DNA of 64,000 nt from a virus: IMG/VR virus record IMGVR_UViG_3300011113_000784, positions 46,968-110,967 of that record. One strand, written 5' to 3'. This document shows positions 1-9,175 of the stretch, piece after piece. How positions within the stretch are numbered: the first letter of the stretch is position 1; each line of letters starts with the position of its first letter. Under the pieces are notes generated by a model that worked only from the letters and a program-made list of their open reading frames with translations, searched no databases and was not told the DNA's origin. The translations under genes and the position numbers were made by a program.

Positions 1-48
1 TCAACCGACTTCTGCTAAAAAGCAAATGAAAAAACTATTTAAGATTTA

Positions 49-636
49 ATGCTTCTCTTTCCAAAACAAAATTATCAAAAGTTTAATTTGGGTATTATTG
101 TACCTCCTCGTAAGCCCCACGATATTCTTTCGTTTCTTTGTTGGTTCTCATTTTTTAAGTTTTTGCCAAAAGTAAAACCAATTATTATTGTTGCAGGTAA
201 TCCACCTGTTGACTTTGCATCTTGGGCTAGAAAACTTAATTTTCCTGTTTTTTATGCACACGAATGCTTTCATCCAAATCAAATAGTAGATCTCGATATA
301 TGGGATGAATCATATGCAATAGTTATTTCTAATGTTTTTTGCATGAGGAAGTTCCAATTAAATAAAAATTTTGATAGTGATTTTATGGTTCTTAGATCAA
401 AAACTCCAAATAATAAGGATTTTTTGATAGAAGATATAAAAAATAACAATTATTGTCATGCTGTTTTCTGGGATATCAAAAATAATTTTGAAGAAGTTAG
501 AGATAGTCTAATAAATAATATCGGCATATTCCCTAAAGATAAAAGTTTAAATCAAATTAAACTGGAATCTATATGGGAAGATGCGAAAAACATAAGAACT
601 CTTTTAAATCAGGAGGTTCGCCATGAAGAGATTTGA
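49..636 (+). CDS. hypothetical protein
   Basis: 195-aa ORF, ACTATTT element just upstream, overlaps next gene; no recognisable motif. Confidence 0.6.
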   Translation: MLLFPKQNYQKFNLGIIVPPRKPHDILSFLCWFSFFKFLPKVKPIIIVAGNPPVDFASWARKLNFPVFYAHECFHPNQIVDLDIWDESYAIVISNVFCMRKFQLNKNFDSDFMVLRSKTPNNKDFLIEDIKNNNYCHAVFWDIKNNFEEVRDSLINNIGIFPKDKSLNQIKLESIWEDAKNIRTLLNQEVRHEEI

Positions 637-895
637 GTTTACTTATGGCGATGGCGAGTTCGATGATGAGGACGAAGATCAAGAAGATCAAGAAGGAAAC
701 TTTATTGATTCTCAAATGCTTGCCATGCAGATGGAACAAAATGTTCTTATAGAACAAGAAATACAAGCAAAGCTTTTAGAAGAAGCTTATAAAATTTGTA
801 AAGGATCTTGGATGTGGTCGTTTATGTCGATACCTTCCAGAATGAAAAAAGTAAAAATTGTATACGAGGAAATAAAAAAAATTATTAACGAATAA
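623..895 (+). CDS. acidic hypothetical protein
   Basis: AGGAGG RBS upstream; D/E-rich N-terminus. Confidence 0.7.
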   Translation: MKRFEFTYGDGEFDDEDEDQEDQEGNFIDSQMLAMQMEQNVLIEQEIQAKLLEEAYKICKGSWMWSFMSIPSRMKKVKIVYEEIKKIINE

Positions 896-941
896 ATTTT
901 TTAGACTATATTAATTTAATTATGGTCTAAGGGTTATAATC

Positions 942-1268
942 TTGCCTACATATAATTTCGAATGCAAGAACTGCAATAAAATCTATGAGACACTAGCATC
1001 ATTCGACCAAACAGGCAAGTATGCTAGTGTCTCTTGTCCTCATTGCAATTCTAAGAAAAAGAAAAAATTGCTTAATGACGCTAATATCAAATTTGCTCAA
1101 CCAAAAGATACGAGCAAGTTTGATAATTTCAACTATCGTGCAGGCTATAACTTAGAACAAGCACAGAATCTTCGTAGGGATGCACAAGCTGCATCGCACA
1201 TGGGCACAGATCCATATAGAGCGATTGATGATATTAACAGTGGTGAAAATTTTGGCGAAGTGAAATAA
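942..1268 (+). CDS. FmdB-family zinc-ribbon protein
   Basis: MPTYNFECKNC...CPHCNS signature, TTG start. Confidence 0.8.
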   Translation: MPTYNFECKNCNKIYETLASFDQTGKYASVSCPHCNSKKKKKLLNDANIKFAQPKDTSKFDNFNYRAGYNLEQAQNLRRDAQAASHMGTDPYRAIDDINSGENFGEVK

Positions 1269-1296
1269 TTGACACTAATTTATGGTGCATTATATT
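1269..1296 (+). promoter_or_regulatory. sigma70-type promoter for prkA operon
   Basis: TTGACA-16nt-TATATT. Confidence 0.6.
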
Positions 1297-1337
1297 AAGT
1301 TTAAGTATTCTTGAATTACACGGAGAGGTAAATCGAC

Positions 1338-3413
1338 ATGGTTACTTTGAGCCAATTTGTAGATAAGAGCAAGTTAGAACAATTTAATAAATTAAATGAA
1401 GTGATTGGTTTTGAGGAGTACCTTAACAGGTGCTATGCTAATCCAAAACTTGTCAGAAATTCACATCAAAGAATTTATGACATGATTGTCTCGCAAGGCA
1501 CATCTGAAATTGAAAAATATCGCAAGAAGGTGACAGTTTATAACTTCTTTGAAAAGCATGAACAAATTAAAGTGTTCGGCATCGAAGAGCAACTTGAATC
1601 ACTTGTTGCTCACTATAAGGGCGCTGCTGGTAGCTATGGACCAGAAAAGCGCATTCTTCTTCTCTGCGGTCCTGTAGGATCTGCAAAGTCTACAATCGTT
1701 CGTCTCATCAAGCGCAGCATGGAAGATTATTCTCAAACTGATGCTGGCACATGGTTTACCTATCGCTGGATTAATCTTCCTACTGGTGGCGATGGTATTT
1801 ACACATCTGACACTTGTGAATGCCCAATGAATGAAGAGCCTTTAAAGCTTCTTCCATTTGATGTTCGCAAGAAGATTCTTGATGAACTTAATGCTATTCA
1901 CAAAGAGCAAGCTGACGCATCCCAGCGCACAACGCTCTACTCACTTGATGTTAAAGGCGAAATTAATCCTAAGTGCAAGTTCTTCTACGACAAGCTTCTT
2001 GAAAAGTATAACGGTGATTGGTCACAAGTTATTTCTAATCACATTGAAGTAGTTCGTAAAACTTACAATGAAGCCAAGCGTGTCGGTATTGCTTCTTTCC
2101 AACCAAAAGATGAGAAGAATCAAGATAGCACTGAATTGACTGGCGATATTAACTTTGCGTTGCTTCCAACATTTGGTAGCGATTCTGATCCAAGGTGTTT
2201 TAACTTTGATGGTGAGTTTGAAGTTGCCAATCGTGGCATCATTGAATTCATCGAAATGTTAAAGCTTGAAGTTGCATTCCTTTACGATCTCTTGGGTGCT
2301 TCACAAGAGCAATCTATTAAGCCCAAAAAGTATTCTCAAATTTCAATCGATGAGTCGATCATCGGGCATACAAACATGCCTGAATATGAAAAGTTAAAGA
2401 ATAACCAGTTCATGGAAGCTCTCAAGGACCGTACTGTTCGTATTGAGATTCCTTATCTCCTTGAATGGAGCAAAGAACTCAAAGTTCTTGAGCAAGATTA
2501 TAACTCCGATAAGATTAAGCAGCATATTGCTCCTCATACTCTTGAAATTGCTGCTTTGTTTGCTGTCCTTACCAGACTTGAGGACGATAAGGACAACAAG
2601 ATCACTATTACGGAGAAGGCTGATCTTTATGATGGCAAGATGCTTCCCGGTTGGACTGTAGATAGAGTTAAGGAACTACGAGACAAGAACCCAGCCGAAG
2701 GCATGGTCGGGCTTTCTGCTCGTTATGTTCAAGACAAGGTTTCTTCTACTTTGTCTAGCCGACATGATTATATTAATCCATTCATGGTCCTTAATGCTCT
2801 TAAGAGCGGTCTTGATAACCACTCGTTGATTACAAACAAGGATCTTGTTCGCAAGTATCAGAACTGCATTACTTTGGCTACAAAGAAGCTAGATGATATT
2901 CTCAAGAATGAGGTTCAAAAAGCCTTGGTTGGTGACGAAGAAGCTATCGTGAGGTTGTGTGCTAACTATATCGATAACCTCATGGCTTATATCAACAAGG
3001 CAAAGATCCTTAATAAGATTACTGGCAGGGAAGAAACTGCTGATGAAAAGTTGATGCGATCAATTGAATCTAAGATTGATGTGCCAGAATCAACCTGTGA
3101 TGACTTCCGTAGAATGATTGCAGCTTTCATCGGTGACCTTGCGGTTAAGGGCAAGACTTTTCGATGGGATAGCAATCCCCTTCTTAAGAGAGCTTTGGAA
3201 TCCAAGTTGTTTGAAGATACAAAGGATCATATTAAGCTAAGTGCTTTTTCTTCTGGCGCAAGTACAGTTGATCCTGATGTTCAGAAGAAAATTGATGCTG
3301 TAAAGCAGCGTTTGGTTGATAAATACGGTTATAACGATCAGTCTGCCACAGATGTTCTAGATTATGTTTCTAGCATCTTTGCCAGAGGCGATCTTGCAGA
3401 CGATAACGACTAA
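1338..3413 (+). CDS. prkA: PrkA/YeaG-family AAA+ serine protein kinase
   Basis: Walker A GPVGSAKS, FQPKDEKNQDSTELTG, ANRGIIEFIEMLKL, HIAPHTLE motifs. Confidence 0.95.
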   Translation: MVTLSQFVDKSKLEQFNKLNEVIGFEEYLNRCYANPKLVRNSHQRIYDMIVSQGTSEIEKYRKKVTVYNFFEKHEQIKVFGIEEQLESLVAHYKGAAGSYGPEKRILLLCGPVGSAKSTIVRLIKRSMEDYSQTDAGTWFTYRWINLPTGGDGIYTSDTCECPMNEEPLKLLPFDVRKKILDELNAIHKEQADASQRTTLYSLDVKGEINPKCKFFYDKLLEKYNGDWSQVISNHIEVVRKTYNEAKRVGIASFQPKDEKNQDSTELTGDINFALLPTFGSDSDPRCFNFDGEFEVANRGIIEFIEMLKLEVAFLYDLLGASQEQSIKPKKYSQISIDESIIGHTNMPEYEKLKNNQFMEALKDRTVRIEIPYLLEWSKELKVLEQDYNSDKIKQHIAPHTLEIAALFAVLTRLEDDKDNKITITEKADLYDGKMLPGWTVDRVKELRDKNPAEGMVGLSARYVQDKVSSTLSSRHDYINPFMVLNALKSGLDNHSLITNKDLVRKYQNCITLATKKLDDILKNEVQKALVGDEEAIVRLCANYIDNLMAYINKAKILNKITGREETADEKLMRSIESKIDVPESTCDDFRRMIAAFIGDLAVKGKTFRWDSNPLLKRALESKLFEDTKDHIKLSAFSSGASTVDPDVQKKIDAVKQRLVDKYGYNDQSATDVLDYVSSIFARGDLADDND

Positions 3414-3428
3414 TATGAGGACTAACAA

Positions 3429-4622
3429 ATGCCTCGCCGTATTGATTCTGACCATAAAGACTTCAGAGATGTAGTCAGTGGCAGAATTAGAAAAAATCTA
3501 AAAAAGTTTATCAAGAGTGGCGAAATATTTCGCCACCGTGGTAAAAATGGCAAAGTATCAATAAAGATTCCTGCAATTGATATCCCTCACTTTCTTCACG
3601 GCAAGAACCCTAATGGGGTAGGTCGTGGAGAAGGACAAGAAGGAGATACTGTTGGCAAGGACAAGGGGCAAGGTCAAGGACAAGGAAACGGCGCTGGTCA
3701 GGATGAAAGCGAAGGCGTAATTGTTCAGCTAGATATGGAGGACATCCTTCACTTCATGAAGGATGAATTGATGCTTCCTAATCTCAAACCTAAGCAACAA
3801 GCCAACCTTGAAGATGTAAAAATTAAGTATAATAATATCTCTCTAGTTGGTCCAGAATCACTTAGGCATACTCGTCGCACAATGTTAACTGCGATGAAGC
3901 GCCTTTGCGGTACTGGCGAAATCAATAATTTATATGAAATTCCCGGCATTAAAGATAAAGTCAAAATGATCAATCCGATTAATTCGGATAAGAGATATCG
4001 TCAATATAAAGAGATTAGATTTCCTTCCAGCAATGCTGTTGTTATTTTTGCTCGTGATGCCAGTGGATCAATGGATGATCGTAAAGTGGCAGTTGTTTCT
4101 GATATGGCTTATTGGATTGATGTTTATATTAGGAATTTCTATGAACGAGTTGAGAGGCTTTATGTTTGGCACGATGTAGCTGCCCATGAAGTTGATGCAA
4201 AAGATTTTTATCGAATCAGAAATGGTGGTGGCACTACTTGTTCTACTGCTTTAGAATTAGTTGCCAAACAATTTGAAAACAGATTTCCTCCTAAAAATTG
4301 GAATATTTATTTCTTTTATTTCACTGATGGTGAAAATTACGATAATGACAACGATGTTTTTACGACTTTGTTAAAGAAAGAGTTTCCTCAAAATATTGTT
4401 AATCTTGTTTCTATAACTCAAATTGGTGCTTATTCTTACAAAAACAGTGTTGCTGAGGTAGTTGAAAAAGAAATTGTTGAAGGTGGCTTAGATGATAATG
4501 TAATTGTTACAGAAATTCCATTTGATGCAATTAACAATGAAGAAAAAAGAAATGAAGCTATATTAAAAGCAATAAAAGATATATTGGGCAACCCGTTTAA
4601 AAGCGCCAATGAGGTTTTCTAA
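3429..4622 (+). CDS. yeaH: YeaH/YhbH (DUF444) VWA-type protein
   Basis: Gly-rich linker, LPNLKPK, DASGSM and TDGEN MIDAS motifs, GGT..S; directly after prkA. Confidence 0.92.
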   Translation: MPRRIDSDHKDFRDVVSGRIRKNLKKFIKSGEIFRHRGKNGKVSIKIPAIDIPHFLHGKNPNGVGRGEGQEGDTVGKDKGQGQGQGNGAGQDESEGVIVQLDMEDILHFMKDELMLPNLKPKQQANLEDVKIKYNNISLVGPESLRHTRRTMLTAMKRLCGTGEINNLYEIPGIKDKVKMINPINSDKRYRQYKEIRFPSSNAVVIFARDASGSMDDRKVAVVSDMAYWIDVYIRNFYERVERLYVWHDVAAHEVDAKDFYRIRNGGGTTCSTALELVAKQFENRFPPKNWNIYFFYFTDGENYDNDNDVFTTLLKKEFPQNIVNLVSITQIGAYSYKNSVAEVVEKEIVEGGLDDNVIVTEIPFDAINNEEKRNEAILKAIKDILGNPFKSANEVF

Positions 4623-6217
4623 TGTCAGACAAATTCTTATTTGGTTCGCCTGTTCTTTTCGGATCTGCTACTACTCCCGGCGTACCTATTCCTGAAGAAC
4701 TCAACAAACATATTCCAACTATTTTTCAAGCTTGTAAAGATTTTGGACTAGATTTTTATCCAACAATTGTCCAGATGCTTTCTCATGACGAAATGAGTGA
4801 AGTTGCAAGTTATGGTGGATTTGCATCGAGATATCCACATTGGAAGTTTGGTGCTGAATATGAAGAGATGCAAAGAGGTTATCTTCACGGAAATCATAGA
4901 ATATATGAAATGGTGGTAAATTGTAATCCGGCTTATCTATATTGCCTGAATTCGAATACATTGCTTGACAATATTACAGTAATTGCTCATGCGCTTGGTC
5001 ATGTTCATTTCTTTAAGAATAATATTCATTTTTCTAGAACAAATACAAATGCACATAACGAACTGGCAAATAACGGTTCTAATGTAAGAAAGTATATGTC
5101 TCGTTATGGTAGAGAAACTGTAACAGAATTTATGGATCATTTGTTCCGAATTGAAACTCTTGTTGATCCAATGAATATCTGGAAAGAAAGAAAAGCTAAA
5201 GAAGTTGTCATTAGGGACAAAAAAGACTATGTATTTCCTAAAAGGATTAAGACAAATCAAGATTATATGGAAAACTGGATTAATACTCCAGAGTTTATAG
5301 AAGCTCAAAATAAGAAAATTGAAGAACAAGAGATCATGAGAGATCTCAATGCATTCGCTTCTCCTGAATCAGATATATTTGGATATATCAAAGACAATGC
5401 GCCATTCAAACCTTGGCAGCGTGATATTGCTGAGATTTTGTACAATGAAGCTATTTATTTTAGTCCACAAGGCAAAACCAAGGTAACTAATGAAGGTTTT
5501 GCTAGTTATTGCGATTATCATCTTATCGCTAAACAAGGATACGCTTCTTTAGGACAAGATAATGAGGATGGGGGTATTGTTGAGTACTCTATTCATAAAG
5601 CTGGTGTATTGGGCGGCAAATATAGCATGAATCCATACAAGCTTGGATTTATGTTATTAATGGATATCGAAGAAAGATGGAACAAGGGTAGATTTGGATC
5701 AGATTATGCCAATTGCACTAATCCAATTGAAAGGGAAAATTGGGATCTTAATCTTGGACTTGGTAAGGAAAAAGTTTTTGAGGTTTGCAAGAACTACGAT
5801 GATTATCAATTCATAAATGAATTTTTTACCAAGGAGTTCTGTGAAAAGAATGAGTTCTTTGAGTACAAGCGTTATCCGACTGGTGAAATAAAGTTGGAAA
5901 GCAGAGATTACAAAAAGATCAAAAGAGAGTTGTTGCGTAAGCATATTAATCGTGGTTTGCCAAATATTAAGCTTGTTGAGCCTAGATTTAAAGGCAACAT
6001 GTTTTTCATGGAGCATAAGTGGCAAGGTGTAGAACTTTATAAACCTTATGCTTACGAAGTGATGAAGTCTATTTGTTATCTTGTGAGACAACCTGTTGTA
6101 TTGCAAACCAAGAATCATAATGGGGATGAAGCATTTTATTATTGCCAAGATTTGAACGGGGATTATGCTGCGGCTGATCCTAAATCTTTAACAAGAGATC
6201 AATTGAATAAACTATGA
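4622..6217 (+). CDS. spoVR: SpoVR/YcgB-family protein
   Basis: RYPHWKFG, IYEMVVN, AHALGHVHFFKNN, YFSPQ..TK..NEGFASY, NPYKLG. Confidence 0.93.
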   Translation: MSDKFLFGSPVLFGSATTPGVPIPEELNKHIPTIFQACKDFGLDFYPTIVQMLSHDEMSEVASYGGFASRYPHWKFGAEYEEMQRGYLHGNHRIYEMVVNCNPAYLYCLNSNTLLDNITVIAHALGHVHFFKNNIHFSRTNTNAHNELANNGSNVRKYMSRYGRETVTEFMDHLFRIETLVDPMNIWKERKAKEVVIRDKKDYVFPKRIKTNQDYMENWINTPEFIEAQNKKIEEQEIMRDLNAFASPESDIFGYIKDNAPFKPWQRDIAEILYNEAIYFSPQGKTKVTNEGFASYCDYHLIAKQGYASLGQDNEDGGIVEYSIHKAGVLGGKYSMNPYKLGFMLLMDIEERWNKGRFGSDYANCTNPIERENWDLNLGLGKEKVFEVCKNYDDYQFINEFFTKEFCEKNEFFEYKRYPTGEIKLESRDYKKIKRELLRKHINRGLPNIKLVEPRFKGNMFFMEHKWQGVELYKPYAYEVMKSICYLVRQPVVLQTKNHNGDEAFYYCQDLNGDYAAADPKSLTRDQLNKL

Positions 6218-6960
6218 ACCACCCCTCTTTTAGGTTTGTTTTTCAAAATGCTCCCGGTTTGCCATTTACTAAGTGGTACAAACAATTTGATGAAAGTTTA
6301 AGTGATAGAAATTCTAAAACATTTTTATTTGCTGACAGGTCAATTGCAAATTCTTGTTTTGTCAAAAGTATTCTTAGCCACAAAATATTTTTGAATATTT
6401 TTTGTTCAGAAAATATATTTGAAGAATTATCTTTAATACAAGAAAATATTAAGAAGCATTGCGAATCAATGCTTTTGAGAGGTATGTTTTCTGAATGTAA
6501 AATTGATTTCAATAGTGAAAAACATAAAGATTTTGTTTTAAGAGATTATAATCAAATTAATATAGGTGATATGTTTGGAGAAGAGTGGCAATTTTACTCT
6601 CAAAACAAAGCTAGATTGTTTTACAAACTAAGTGATTATTATTCAAATCTTTCTTTTGGATATATTTGGTCTTTCTTTTTTACAGAAAGTGATACAGAAG
6701 CACTTGTAGCAGACGAGTATGTAAAAAAGAATTTACATATTTTCAGTCGTCATATGAAATTAAACTATGAACCAGAAAACAATAAAAAATATAAAATAAT
6801 TTATTTGGATACAATGGGTAAGAGAATAAATATCAATACATTTATGGAAAAATTGGAGCAAAATGGTTTGTTGTTATTAAAAAACCTTGATGTTGAAGGA
6901 CCAAACATGGTAGGATGGCGTGATCTGAAAAATAAAATGATTGGACTGGTGAAGATTTAA
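6214..6960 (+). CDS. hypothetical protein
   Basis: 248-aa ORF coupled to spoVR stop (ATGA overlap). Confidence 0.65.
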   Translation: MNHPSFRFVFQNAPGLPFTKWYKQFDESLSDRNSKTFLFADRSIANSCFVKSILSHKIFLNIFCSENIFEELSLIQENIKKHCESMLLRGMFSECKIDFNSEKHKDFVLRDYNQINIGDMFGEEWQFYSQNKARLFYKLSDYYSNLSFGYIWSFFFTESDTEALVADEYVKKNLHIFSRHMKLNYEPENNKKYKIIYLDTMGKRININTFMEKLEQNGLLLLKNLDVEGPNMVGWRDLKNKMIGLVKI

Positions 6961-6961
6961 A

Positions 6962-7072
6962 ATGGCACAACTTATGTTAGAATATGTTTTATTTTTAATT
7001 TTAGTTTCTGCAATGTTAGGTTTTATTGCGTATTTTTCCTATCAAGATAGAAGGAGAGATTTAGATGAATAA
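6962..7072 (+). CDS. small single-TM membrane protein (36 aa, not in ORF track)
   Basis: MAQLMLEYVLFLILVSAMLGFIAYFSYQDRRRDLDE; fills the gap between genes; hydrophobic helix followed by RRR. Confidence 0.55.
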   Translation: MAQLMLEYVLFLILVSAMLGFIAYFSYQDRRRDLDE

Positions 7073-7406
7073 TAAAAAAGAAATTAGTTATCAAGATCTC
7101 GATGAAATGGAAGAAATTATCGAAGCGTCTACGGATGGACCGTGGGAGATTTCTTCTCCAGAAGGAGAAGAATGGAGGCAACAAGCTAAAGATTTTGCTT
7201 TTATTGCAATGGCTAGAAATGAAATGCCTCGTTTAATCAAACAGTTGCGCTTGTATATGAAATGCAATGAAGAATTGCAATCATTAGATGGAATGCAACA
7301 GATGGCAATCGAAAGACTCAATAAGGAAGTTTCTCTTCTTCGTGAATCTTTGCGTGTACTTGAACAGCAACATAAATTGATGCTTGTGCAACAAGCAGGC
7401 TTGTAG
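7065..7406 (+). CDS. phage Ead/Ea22-like protein with coiled coil
   Basis: ASTDGPW...AFIAMARNEMPRL motif; AGGAG RBS. Confidence 0.55.
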   Translation: MNNKKEISYQDLDEMEEIIEASTDGPWEISSPEGEEWRQQAKDFAFIAMARNEMPRLIKQLRLYMKCNEELQSLDGMQQMAIERLNKEVSLLRESLRVLEQQHKLMLVQQAGL

Positions 7407-7412
7407 TATAAT
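7384..7412 (+). promoter_or_regulatory. sigma70-type promoter for dnaE N-half
   Basis: TTGTGC-17nt-TATAAT. Confidence 0.45.
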
Positions 7413-7487
7413 TATCGAATACTAACCCTCTTTCTAACGGTGACGATCATGGAAGAATTGAACAAGGAAGGAGGGCAGCACAAGCAG

Positions 7488-8833
7488 ATGAAGATTGTTG
7501 GTTATGAACATCTTCATCTGCACTAGGTCAAACAGAATACTCTGTCCTCGACGGTTTTGGTAGCGTTCAGGATTATATTGATAGGTGGTCACCGCATGGC
7601 GATTATCTCTGTGTAACAGATCATGGATTAATGGGTGCTATACCAAGCTTAATCACAAAAACAGAACAAGCAGAAAAGAAATTAAAAAGTTTGTACGGGT
7701 GCGAATTGTATGTGAACCCAATTCACAATGAACCAACTGAGACTGAAGAAGCTAGAGACAAATTTATAAAAAACTTGTCACCACAAGAATTTGAAGATTT
7801 CAAAGTCTCTAGCCACATATTAGCAATTGCCGTAACCAATAAAGGTTATGAAAACCTAACAAAATTGTGTAGTCTTGGCTGGAGCCAAGGATTTTATCGT
7901 AAGCCTAGAGTCAATCACAAAGTTCTTCAACAATATAAAGAAGGCATTGTTTTCACTTCTTGTTGTTGTGCTTCTGAAGCAGCAAGAGCTTTGCGTGTAC
8001 ATGGCAAAGAAGTTGCTGAAGCGACTATTCTTAAATACAAGCAAATGTTTGGAGATAACTTCTATCTTGAAATGATGCTTCTCGATTTTGAGTATCAACA
8101 TGAGTATGATCAATTTTTAGTTGAGATGCACATCAAACATCAAATTCCAATGATCATTACCAATGATGTTCATTACGCATATCAAGAGGATAGCAAGTAT
8201 CAAACATTAATGATGTTGGTTAATACCAAAAGGACATTGGCTGAGATTGAGAAGTTAAAAGCTGAGAATGCTGATGTGTTTGAATTGCAAGATAGAAATT
8301 TGTGGATGAAAACAGAGGAAGAATTGAATCAAAAGTGGGCTGAAAAGTATTCCGATGTAATTCCTTTAGAAATTTATGAACAAGCTAAAATGAATACTGT
8401 TAAGATATGCAGAATGGCATCTGGCTTAAAATTAGATAGAAGTGTAAAACTACCAAGGCTCAATGATGATGAAGGCGTTTTAAAAGATTTGGTTTTAAGA
8501 GGAATGACATATAGGGGAATATCAAAATCTAATCGTATTTACACAAAGCGTATTGCAGAAGAATTAGATCTTATTTTTAGGAAACAGTTTGCTAGTTACT
8601 TTCTCATAGTTAAGAGTTTTACAGATGAAGCTAGAAGAAAGTGTCAAGAGATTACTGGGTTGGATGGCGTTTATGCGGTTGGACCCGGTAGAGGGTCTGG
8701 TGCTGGTTCTCTTGTGTTATATCTTCTTGGCGTTACTGATGTAGACCCAATAAAGCATGAACTTCTGTTCTCACGATTCTTATCGGAGAACAGAGGTTCA
8801 CAAGCAGTATTAAAATTTAGTCAAGGTGACTGA
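7488..8833 (+). CDS. dnaE: DNA polymerase III alpha, N-terminal half (PHP domain to RGS/FxRFL), interrupted by 8 nt at 7524-7531
   Basis: ATG 7488 MKIVGYEHLHLH-TAG, then in the -1 frame TEYSVLDG...TDHG...GCELY...TNDVHY...GPGRGSGAGSLV..LLGVT.VDP..H.LLFSRFL; the ORF track start at 7631 misses the first PHP motifs. Confidence 0.9.
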
Positions 8834-9110
8834 CTTCATAGTCATCAAAGTTACTTCCTTTAGAGAAGTCAACATTTGGTGTTCCAAGATCGCCAAAAGG
8901 TTTGTCAGTATTATAACCTTTTGCACGATATGCTTGGCTCTTTTTGCCTTGTAGTGGGAAGCTATAATGCTTTCCTTTAACGCCAGTATCTTCAGGGGCT
9001 TCTGGTTGGGGGAAAGCATAAGATTTCATGATATCTTGAAGTTTTTTCTGAGAATCGCTAATTTCTAGATCTTTTTTATATTGCTCTAAAGTCTTAATTT
9101 TCTTTGCCAT
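8817..9110 (-). CDS. small hypothetical protein between the dnaE halves; possible internal head protein
   Basis: GAGGTG RBS and TAAATA upstream; N-terminus KTLEQYKKDLE. Confidence 0.65.
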   Translation of the reverse strand: MAKKIKTLEQYKKDLEISDSQKKLQDIMKSYAFPQPEAPEDTGVKGKHYSFPLQGKKSQAYRAKGYNTDKPFGDLGTPNVDFSKGSNFDDYEVSHLD

Positions 9111-9141
9111 GATTCACCTCTACTTTATTTAGATTTTCACA

Positions 9142-9169
9142 TTGATTTTTACCGCTAAATGCTTAAAAT
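9142..9169 (+). promoter_or_regulatory. sigma70-type promoter for dnaE C-half (probably leaderless)
   Basis: TTGATT-16nt-TAAAAT with ATG 7 nt downstream and no RBS. Confidence 0.4.
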
Positions 9170-9175
9170 CATGGT

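Noticed and set aside
1858-6512. Short alternative-frame and antisense ORFs inside prkA/yeaH/spoVR (and similar ones elsewhere)
   Set aside because: Shadow ORFs of well-supported genes with no independent signals.
7524-7526. TAG-to-Gln recoding (code 15) as the explanation for the dnaE stop
   Set aside because: A frame change is also required, long ORFs are intact in code 11, and several genes end at TAG.
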